A stretch of 64,000 nt of DNA from Candidatus Acidiferrales bacterium (GTDB lineage: Bacteria; Acidobacteriota; Terriglobia; Acidiferrales; UBA7541): positions 166,631 to 230,630 of the forward strand of contig CAVPWW010000005.1 of the NCBI GenBank assembly GCA_963709675.1. The letters run 5' to 3'. Positions 56,279 through 64,000 of this stretch are shown here, piece by piece. A program made the translations under genes and the position numbers. The stretch's first letter is position 1; the number at the start of each line of letters is the position of its first letter. The notes beneath the pieces are model-generated. The model was given only the letters and a program-made list of their open reading frames with translations, was not told the origin of the DNA and ran no database searches.

Positions 56279-56582
56279 TTCTTCCAGTAGGCTTTTAAAT
56301 GAAGGCCTCCAATACACAGGAATAGCAGTCGCCTGTCCAACTCGCTTCGCATGGGCAGTTGGGTACTAAAAGTTACACCAGTACTGGAACGATATCCTTT
56401 CGCTCGCCCGGCCATACGTAAAAATACTGGGCTCAATACACTCTCCTCCTGATTGCTCACCACCCCAGAAGTCTCCAGAATACCCGTCACAAAAACTCAC
56501 TTTTACCCATGGAGGGAAGTGAGTTGAGTTGACAAGGCTCTGGCTGGCCGTTTGCAGGAGGTAGTTGAGGAGAAGCACTCCC

Positions 56583-56984
56583 ATGGAAAACGAAGTCGAA
56601 ATATTGATTGTCTCCAGCCGGATCGACAATCGAAGAACCCTGTTGCATACCCTGGAAGGGTTACCCGTCAACACCTTCTCCGCCTCGACCGTAGGACAGG
56701 CGCTCGAATTTCTCTCCTCTCATCCTCAAGCTGTCATCTTTTGTGAAGAGCGCCTTCCGGATGGCTCCTATCGCGAACTTCTCGTTGAGGCGCGCACCGC
56801 CCGCCGGCTGAATCGATTTATCGTCGTGCTGTCCGCAGGAGAATGGGAAGAATGCCTGGAAGCTTTGAAGCTCGGAGCTGCCGAGGTACTACGTTGCCCG
56901 CTTCGAGCCCCTGACATCGAAATAGCGCTCTTCCACGCGATGCGTGAGGTGCGCGAGATCCTTGCACTGCATGCGGAGGCCTGA
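56583..56984 (+). CDS. Stand-alone receiver-like domain with degenerate phospho-acceptor pocket (pseudo-receiver)
   Basis: Receiver fold pattern, but ILIVSS replaces the DD pair, VIFCEERLPDGS has Glu where the phospho-Asp is expected, and EVLRCPL replaces the conserved K-P. Confidence 0.7.
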   Translation: MENEVEILIVSSRIDNRRTLLHTLEGLPVNTFSASTVGQALEFLSSHPQAVIFCEERLPDGSYRELLVEARTARRLNRFIVVLSAGEWEECLEALKLGAAEVLRCPLRAPDIEIALFHAMREVREILALHAEA

Positions 56985-57058
56985 CAAGTTCAAAATTGTG
57001 TTTACGCCCCGGGTGTCGTTGATACTGTCCAAGGAAAGGCGATCAGGAGTTCGTTAAA

Positions 57059-57268
57059 ATGGCTACAAATTCTCTCCCCACATCCTCCACCCCATCTTCA
57101 AAAGTGAGAAATTTTAACAGGCGCATCTGTCCACACTGTGGTGGCAGGGAGATTTACAGATGCCGCGCTCGCGGAATAATCGAGCGCCATGTGGCGCGGG
57201 CTTTCCGGTTATTTCCGCACTGGTGTGCGGAGTGCGATCAGCGCTTTTATGTTCGGCTTGTCTCCTGA
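57059..57268 (+). CDS. Small double-CxxC zinc-ribbon protein, unknown function
   Basis: RRICPHCGG...(25 aa)...WCAECDQRFYV has two CxxC knuckles in an Arg-rich 69-aa protein. Confidence 0.5.
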   Translation: MATNSLPTSSTPSSKVRNFNRRICPHCGGREIYRCRARGIIERHVARAFRLFPHWCAECDQRFYVRLVS

Positions 57269-57584
57269 ACACGCAAATAAAGTGACATCGGCTTGGTTTG
57301 ACCGGCTCACAAAAGAGTCCGGGGGTCCTGCGCATTAGTTTGCCTGCATGAAGGATCTACAATCCCATCGTGTCTTCATTTAAGACTTGTTGAGAGACCT
57401 ACGTACAGCTCCGAGCCCAGATTGCGGAAACCAACGCTCGATAAGTGCCTTCGGGGAAAATAGCCAGTCGTGGCAAACTCTCACCCCTTCTGGCCGCCGT
57501 CCTTGTAAACACAACGAGTTGCGTGCTAAGGTTCCCTTTCTTTTCAACACCACAACCATAGAAAGAACGTCGCGAGGTTCCCGC

Positions 57585-59639
57585 ATGAGCACGGCGCCAA
57601 CCGGTTTGCCAGGTCCCAAGAAGCACCAGCCGTATGTACCGGTAGACCATGAAATGAAGGAGTTTACCCTCCGCGCCTTGTTGATTGGCTTGGTGATGAC
57701 CGCGGTTCTGGGCTCGGCGAACGCCTATCTTGGGCTAAAGGCGGGAATGACGATCGCCGCAACGTATCCCGCGGCGGTGATCGGCATGGCCCTGTTGCGC
57801 CTCATGAAAGGCTCCCTTCTTGAGGAAAACATCGCACGAACTGTGGGTTCCATCGGGGAATCGGTGGCGGCCGGCGCCGTGTTCACCATTCCTGCGTTCG
57901 TGATGGCCGGACTGTGGCCGGGGCTTACGCGCGACCAATACTGGAAGGCGGTCGCTTTGATGATGATCGGCGGAACTCTGGGCATCTTGTTCGTGACCCT
58001 GTTGCGCCGCGTCATGGTCGAGGATCCGGAGCTACCTTTTCCTGAGTCCGTAGCAGCTTCCGAGATTCACAAGGCGGGGCAACAGGGTGCCAAGGCCGCG
58101 AAGATTCTCTTCGCCAACATGGGTTTTGGCGCGTTCATGTTTCTCCTGGGGGCCGTCAACTTGTTCTCTCCCAACAATACATTCCGCATGAATATCAGCG
58201 CGTTGGGCAAGAGACTCCTCTTGCGCACCAGCACCAATCCGAATGTAGCCTCCACCGTAACCGGTGGCGCAACCTTTTTTGCGGCACCGGACATTAGCCC
58301 CGCCTATCTGGGCGTGGGCTACATCATCGGCATACGGCTGGCATCGCTCAACTTCGCAGGAGGAGTGCTCGCGTGGGGCTTGCTGGTCCCGTTGCTCACG
58401 TTCACCGTCGGTCCCTACATTCAGGCAGCGCAACCGGCTGGACAGCAACTCTCTTGGACGTTGCTGGCTGGGGCGATTTACTTCTCGATCGTGCGCCCGA
58501 TTGCGGTGGGTGGAATGCTCGTCGGTGCCACCTATACTCTATTTAAAATGCGCAAGCAACTAGCCATTGGCATCGGCCGGGCTATCACCGACTTGAAAAA
58601 GTCCGCAGCGGTGCACGCAGCCACGGATCGTACCGATCGCGATCTGCCGTCGAAAGCCGTCTTCGCGGGAGTGGGCGTTGTTTTCGTGGCCATGGTTCTT
58701 CTGTATCGCTACTTCATCGGCAGCGCTGGAACTTTCTCTGGTTCCAAGGTGCTGATTGGCGCGCTGGTCGCTGCTGGAGTCATGGTCGTCATCGGGTTCT
58801 TCTTTGCGGCCGTGTCCGGAAACTTGACCGGTATGATCGGCTCTTCGAACAATCCAGTATCCGGACTCACCCTTTGTACGCTGGTGATCGCCGCGCTCCT
58901 TATGGTGGCTCTGGGAGTTTCCGGCTCGGGGGGCGTTGCCGCAGTCTTGGGAGTGGCCGCGGTGATTTGCGTTTCCTCGGCCGTTGCTGGCGAGATGCTG
59001 CAGGACCTCAAAGTCGGTCACATCCTCGGCGGCACTCCTTCCAAAATGCAGATCGGCGATTTGCTCGGGATCGTCGTAGCGTCGCTGGTGCTGTTCTTTC
59101 CGCTGGCCGTGCTGGACAAGGCCTATCACTTCGGAAGCCCGGCCCTGTCCGCGCCCCAGGCTGGCCTGATGGCGATGCTCGCCAAAGGCATTGTTGGCGG
59201 GGACATGGCGTGGCCGTTGATCATTGTTGGGGTTCTACTTGGTATCGTCATGATTTTGATCCAGGTGAAGAGCGTAATGCTCTTTTCGATTGGCATGTAT
59301 TTGCCTCTGGGAACCACTTCCGCGATGTTCGTGGGCGGTGTGATCCGTTGGATTACCGATCGCCTCCGCGACAAGCGCAAGCTCAACGATGCCCAGAAAG
59401 CCCGGGTGGACAATACTGGAATTCTCACTGCTTCGGGCCTGATCGCCGGGGAAGCCCTCTGTGGCTTGGTAGTTGCCGGACTGGTCGGGGCTGGCAAGGA
59501 CGTAACCCTCTTCCACTGGACTCCTTCGTTTTGGGCCGCGCTGGCCGCCCTGGCTTTGCTTGCGATCGTGATGATCCGCGTGCCCTTGGCGAATGCCGGA
59601 AGTCCCGACGAACCTGCTCCCCCAACCGCCATCATGTGA
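57585..59639 (+). CDS. OPT-family oligopeptide transporter
   Basis: EFTLRALLIGLVMTAVLGSANAYLGLKAGMT opening, many TM segments, and LQDLKVGHILGGTP are typical of bacterial OPT proteins. ATG at 57585. Confidence 0.9.
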   Translation: MSTAPTGLPGPKKHQPYVPVDHEMKEFTLRALLIGLVMTAVLGSANAYLGLKAGMTIAATYPAAVIGMALLRLMKGSLLEENIARTVGSIGESVAAGAVFTIPAFVMAGLWPGLTRDQYWKAVALMMIGGTLGILFVTLLRRVMVEDPELPFPESVAASEIHKAGQQGAKAAKILFANMGFGAFMFLLGAVNLFSPNNTFRMNISALGKRLLLRTSTNPNVASTVTGGATFFAAPDISPAYLGVGYIIGIRLASLNFAGGVLAWGLLVPLLTFTVGPYIQAAQPAGQQLSWTLLAGAIYFSIVRPIAVGGMLVGATYTLFKMRKQLAIGIGRAITDLKKSAAVHAATDRTDRDLPSKAVFAGVGVVFVAMVLLYRYFIGSAGTFSGSKVLIGALVAAGVMVVIGFFFAAVSGNLTGMIGSSNNPVSGLTLCTLVIAALLMVALGVSGSGGVAAVLGVAAVICVSSAVAGEMLQDLKVGHILGGTPSKMQIGDLLGIVVASLVLFFPLAVLDKAYHFGSPALSAPQAGLMAMLAKGIVGGDMAWPLIIVGVLLGIVMILIQVKSVMLFSIGMYLPLGTTSAMFVGGVIRWITDRLRDKRKLNDAQKARVDNTGILTASGLIAGEALCGLVVAGLVGAGKDVTLFHWTPSFWAALAALALLAIVMIRVPLANAGSPDEPAPPTAIM

Positions 59640-59975
59640 CGCGGGCCACCTCATGGCCTGCGAAAAGCGGGAAATAGAGCGGCTGGTACCCTTAACAATC
59701 CACTAAATCATCCGTGCTTTCTACAGCATATAAGTACCCAGGTTGCCAACAGTGACCTTTGCCGCGCCGCCCAGTCGGAGAGTCGCTCCCGCACGTTTGC
59801 TTCGACCGGATCCCGTGCCCGGAACTTAGTTCCGCAGCAAGAGGGAGAACCAACGTGTCCTTTCAACGAATCCTGCTTTCCTTTCTTTTAATTGTTGTGT
59901 GCGTTCTCTATTTTCCCAGGACAAAAATCGTTTCCGGAGATGATTGGCAGCCCATCGATCCCGCGGATTTAAGAA

Positions 59976-61829
59976 ATGACCAGCGAGCCGAAAGCCCCGG
60001 GAGCGCCGGCAATCTACTTGTACCGCCAAGTGGATCGCAAGGATTTGGGGCGAGCCAATACGGAATACAACTATGTGCGGATCAAGATTTTGAAGGAAGA
60101 GGGGCGCGAAAGCGCAAACGTCGCGATTCCGTACCGGAGCGAAAACACGAAGATTAGCGGAATCCGTGCGAGAACGGTGCATGCCGACGGCTCCATTGTG
60201 AATTTCGACGGCCAGGTGTTCGAAAAGATGGTCGAGAAAACGAAGGGTGTAAAGATCAAGGCCAAGGTCTTCACGGTTCCCGATGTGCAAGTGGGAAGCA
60301 TTGTGGAATACCACTTTAATTACGACTTTGAAGACGGTTATATCTTTGACTCATATTGGCCCGTCAGCGACGATCTCTTCACCAGGAAGGCCGTTTTCTC
60401 TCTGGTCCCGTACGATAGATTTTCGGTGCGTTGGGCGTGGCCCGCTGGTCTGCCTCCAGCGACGGAGCCGCCCAAAAGTGGCCCGGACAAAGTCATTCGG
60501 ATGACTGTGACAGACGTTCCTGCGTTCCAGGCCGAAGCCTATATGCCGCCGGAAAACGAATTGAAATACCGGGTAATTTTTATCTATAGCGAAGAAGGAT
60601 TCGAGTCGGATCAGGCGAAGTTCTGGAAGAATTTTGGGAAAAAAGAAAACGATCGCATGGAGGGCTTCGTGTCAAAGAAGAAAGACCTGGAAGCCGCGGT
60701 GTCCCAGATCGTTTCTCCGGGAGATGCGCCGGAAGTAAAACTACAGAAGATTTATGCGCGGACAGAGCAATTTCGCAACTTGAGCTACGAGGCACAGAAA
60801 AGTGAGCAGGAAGAAAGGAGAGACAAGTTAAAAAAGGTGGAAAATGCCGCCGATGTTCTGAAGAACGGCTATGGCTCTGGAGCGGACATAACCTGGACGT
60901 TTTTGGGGCTGGCGCGCGCGGCGGGTTTGGAGACCTACGGATTGATGCTGCCACGGCGCAGCGAATGTTTTTTCAGGCAATCACGGATGGGCAAGCGAGA
61001 ACTGGATTCCAACGCAGTGATGGTCCTAGTGAACGGGAAAGAGTTGTTCTTTGATCCTGGATCGCTATTCGTGCCTTACGGCCTGCTGCCTTGGGAAGAA
61101 TCCGCCGTCACAGGCATGAAACTTGGCAAGGATGGAGGCTCCTGGATCGAGACCCCATTTGGGGATAGCGCGTCTTCGCAGATCCAGCGAACCGCTAATC
61201 TCAAGCTAGACGACGAAGGAGCTCTGGAAGGAACTGTAAAGCTGACGTTTACGGGCTTGGAAGCGTGGTCGCGTCGCTTCAGGGAGCGAAACCTGGATGC
61301 AGAAGCTCGCAAGAAATACCTCGAGGAGGATCTGAAAAGCTACGTTCCGGCGGCCATGGACGCCGATTTAACGAATCAACCCGAGTGGAAGAGCACGGAG
61401 GCTCCGCTGGTGGCGGAATTCCAGGTCAAAATTCCGGGTTGGGTTTCTTCCGCCGGCCGCCGGGCGATGCTGCCTGTGGGAATCTTTGTGGCGTCCGAGA
61501 AACAGATCTTTACTCATGCCGAGCGCGTGTACCCGATCTGCTTTAACTTTCCCAACCAGAAAAAAGATGATGTGACCGTGGAGTTGCCGAACGGTTGGGT
61601 GGTGTCGAGCGCTCCAGCCTCAGTGGACAAGAATGCGCAAGCCGCGGAGTACATCTTGACGGTAGAGAACAAGAAGAACGAAGTACACATCACAAGAACC
61701 GTGCGCAGCGATCTCTCCCTTGTGCCGAAGGACACCTATCCGGCACTGCGGGTATTTTTTCAAACGGTAAGGAGCGGTGATGACCAACAGATCGTCTTGC
61801 AGCCTGGCAGTGTTGCGGCCGCTCACTAG
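59976..61829 (+). CDS. DUF3857 / transglutaminase-like / DUF3858-type protein with degenerate catalytic residues; probable 5' extension to 59855 across a frameshift
   Basis: PGAPAIYLYRQVD opening. The TGase-core position reads GYGSGADITW (no Cys). A GTG at 59855 with a GAGGGAGA RBS encodes a signal peptide plus DDWQPIDPADLR in the -1 relative frame, ending at the ATG at 59976. Confidence 0.75.
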   Translation: MTSEPKAPGAPAIYLYRQVDRKDLGRANTEYNYVRIKILKEEGRESANVAIPYRSENTKISGIRARTVHADGSIVNFDGQVFEKMVEKTKGVKIKAKVFTVPDVQVGSIVEYHFNYDFEDGYIFDSYWPVSDDLFTRKAVFSLVPYDRFSVRWAWPAGLPPATEPPKSGPDKVIRMTVTDVPAFQAEAYMPPENELKYRVIFIYSEEGFESDQAKFWKNFGKKENDRMEGFVSKKKDLEAAVSQIVSPGDAPEVKLQKIYARTEQFRNLSYEAQKSEQEERRDKLKKVENAADVLKNGYGSGADITWTFLGLARAAGLETYGLMLPRRSECFFRQSRMGKRELDSNAVMVLVNGKELFFDPGSLFVPYGLLPWEESAVTGMKLGKDGGSWIETPFGDSASSQIQRTANLKLDDEGALEGTVKLTFTGLEAWSRRFRERNLDAEARKKYLEEDLKSYVPAAMDADLTNQPEWKSTEAPLVAEFQVKIPGWVSSAGRRAMLPVGIFVASEKQIFTHAERVYPICFNFPNQKKDDVTVELPNGWVVSSAPASVDKNAQAAEYILTVENKKNEVHITRTVRSDLSLVPKDTYPALRVFFQTVRSGDDQQIVLQPGSVAAAH

Positions 61830-63847
61830 AACGCGTAGATCAGCGCTAAAGGCCGGAGTGTTCGCGGTGACCCTGGCAGCGGGGCTATTTTCAGCGCTCC
61901 CTCAGGCGAAAGCCGCAGACGCCCCCGCATGGATGCACGCGCTTGTCAACGCGCCGCTGCCTAAGCACGACGAAAAAACGGAAGCGGTGCTGCTCTACTC
62001 CGAAGAAATCCTCACCGTTCAACCAAACGGAAGTATGAGGGAAATCGACCGTGCGGCGTACATCATACTGCGGCCGACTGGGGGCCGTCTGGGCAAGTTC
62101 TATTTCAACGTGAACAGCGAAGCCCGCATTACGCACATCCACGGGTGGTGCATTCCTACGCAAGGCAAGGACTACGAGGTGAAAGACAAGGAAGTAACGG
62201 AAGTGGGGCTAGTGGGAGCCGAGGATGGAATCCTGTACTCGGATGATCGGGTCAAGGTCATGCAAATCCCTGCTCCGGATCCTGGAAACATCATTGGGTA
62301 CGAAGTCGAGCACGAAGATCGCAAGTACGTTTTGCAGGATGAATGGTTTTTTCAAGGTATCGAGCCTGTAGCCGATGCTCGCTATACTTTGCAACTACCA
62401 CCTGGGTGGGAATACAAAGCCGTGTGGGTGAACCACCCAGAAGTCACCGCTATTCCAAGTGGAAATAATCAGTGGCAGTGGCAACTGAAAGACATTCCCG
62501 ACATCAGGCAAGAAGAGGATATGCCTCCCTGGAAGGGTGTTGCAGGTCTGATGATCGTCTCACTGCTTCCACCGGGAGGCGCTGGCCATGGGTTTCTTAC
62601 CTGGACGGAAATGGGTACTTGGTACACAGGTTTGGTCCAGGGCCGCAGGGATCCGTCACCAGAACTCAAACAGAAGGTTGCTGAATTGACTGCCCAGACC
62701 AACACCCCAATTGGAAAGATGTTGGCACTCTCGGAGTTCATGCAGAGAGACATCCGGTATGTGGCCATCGCGCCGGGTATCGGAGGAATCCAACCCCATG
62801 CAGCACGAGACGTATTTCAAAACCGTTATGGGGACTGCAAGGACAAAGTAACACTCTTATCGGCGATGCTCAGGGAAGCGGGTATCGACTCCTACTACGT
62901 TGTGATCCACACAAACCGCGGGGGAGTTACGCCTTCAACGCCGCCACACATTGGCGCGTTCAACCATATGATAATCGCCATCCGCATACCCGACGGAGTC
63001 AGCGACGCGCGGCTAATCGCGACAGTACAGGATCCCAAGCTTGGCAAGCTTCTCATTTTCGATCCAACCGACGAGCTCACTCCCTTTGGTTCCTTGCACG
63101 GTGAGCTGCAAGGGAGCTATGCCTTGTTGGTGACGCCCGACGGCGGGGAGTTGACACGAATGCCACAACTTCCTCCCTACAGCAGCGGAGCGCGGCGGAC
63201 AGCCAGGTTGAGTCTGGACTCCAATGGTGTTCTGAAAGGCGAGGTTGAAGACGAGCGTGTGGGCGACGCGGCAAGGTGGCAGAGAGGGGAATTTCGTAAT
63301 GTGGAGAAAGACAGTGATCGAATCAAAACCTTTCGAGCGCCTGATGTCCCATTCCATGGGAACCTTCGTGATCACAAAAGCCAGCATGACGAATCTGAAC
63401 GACCCCATGCAGCCCTTTGACTTGCAGTGGTCTTTTGTGGCGCAGAATTACGGAAAGATTGCCGGCAATCTGCTGCTGGTCCGGCCTCGCGTGCTCGGCG
63501 TGGAGTCCAGCGGCTTCCTCGAGACTAAGGAGCCGCGTAAATACGCCGTGGAGCTTCTCGGGCCTCGCTACGACCATGACTCCTATGAAATTGCCCTGCC
63601 GGTCGGTTACGAAGTGGATGAGCTTCCCGCGCCGGCCGATGTGGAGTACAGCTTCGGCAGTTATCACAGCAAAACCGTGGCGGAAGGAAATGTGCTGCGC
63701 TACACGCGTACATTTGAAATAAAACAGTTGAACGTCCCGCTAGACCAAGTCGAAGACTTGAAGAGATTTTATCGCATCATTGCCAATGACGAACGAAGCA
63801 CGGCCGTGCTGAAGCCTGCCGCCAACCAAAAGGCCGATCGCGATTAA
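61780..63847 (+). pseudogene. DUF3857 / transglutaminase-core / DUF3858-type protein (catalytic Cys-His-Asp retained), interrupted by a 1-nt frameshift near 63325
   Basis: Signal peptide. RYGDCKDKVTLLSAMLREAGI (Cys), FNHMIIAI (His) and IFDPTD (Asp). ORFs 61777..63420 and 63245..63847 join as ...EKDSDRIKPFERLMSHSMG if one A of the AAAA run at 63325-63328 is removed. Collinear with the upstream paralogue. Confidence 0.75.
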
Positions 63848-64000
63848 GGAACGTGGTTGGCGGTGGAAGTCTTTTCGTTTGCTTCCATGTATTCGATCAG
63901 CGCCAGCAACGCACCCCAGTGATAAAAACGGTCGCTCGAGGAAACGTCATCCCCCAAGCCTGTGATGGAGTTGTAGTTTTCATGAACATGATGGTTAGCG
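63844..64000 (-). CDS. 3' end of a gene running off the window (possibly a six-hairpin glycoside hydrolase)
   Basis: The reverse strand reads ...[46 protein letters not shown]. Only 51 codons are visible, so the product call is weak. Confidence 0.35.
   Translation of the reverse strand, partial: ANHHVHENYNSITGLGDDVSSSDRFYHWGALLALIEYMEANEKTSTANHVP

Noticed and set aside
59759-60157. A 132-aa ORF upstream of and overlapping the first DUF3857 gene, considered as an independent gene.
   Set aside because: Only its middle (from the GTG at 59855 to about 59975) resembles a real protein segment: a signal peptide plus DDWQPIDPADL. The rest is an out-of-frame read of the DUF3857 gene. I interpret it as the frameshifted 5' end of that gene.

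Overview
This is a chromosomal segment from a moderately GC-rich Gram-negative bacterium. Gene content points to Acidobacteriota, which is an inference: a TIGR03436-type 'acidobacterial' VWA protein, DUF3857/transglutaminase proteins, an ExbB/ExbD array and many secreted peptidases. I support about 57 protein-coding genes, densely packed on both strands, mostly housekeeping or nutrient scavenging. Recognisable genes include an exbB-exbD x3-TPR cluster, rel/spoT, map, moaA, gpmI, pyk, gntK, ridA, pepD, kdpA and cstA-ybdD. There are also OPT and APC transporters and S9, M20 and M28 peptidases. I found no rRNA, tRNA or CRISPR array by eye. The only mobile DNA is a decayed IS630-family transposase relic at about 49.6-50.1 kb. 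The items most worth a second look are listed here. (1) A 734-aa radical-SAM protein has the domain layout of the archaeal tetraether lipid synthase (Tes/GDGT-MAS) family and sits behind an unusual AT-rich, repeat-bearing leader. (2) A full-length kdpA has no kdpF/B/C/D; it lies next to an orphan KdpE-like regulator in a lower-GC patch that also carries a degenerate receiver domain and a small zinc-ribbon gene. (3) An S9 peptidase is fused to an FGE/SUMF1-like domain. (4) A tandem DUF3857/transglutaminase pair has one copy that has lost the Cys/His catalytic residues. (5) A candidate Moco riboswitch with a terminator lies upstream of moaA. (6) Three single-nucleotide, homopolymer-associated frameshifts (cstA and both DUF3857 genes) may be assembly errors or real lesions. 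All product calls come from reading motifs in the supplied translations; no searches were run.
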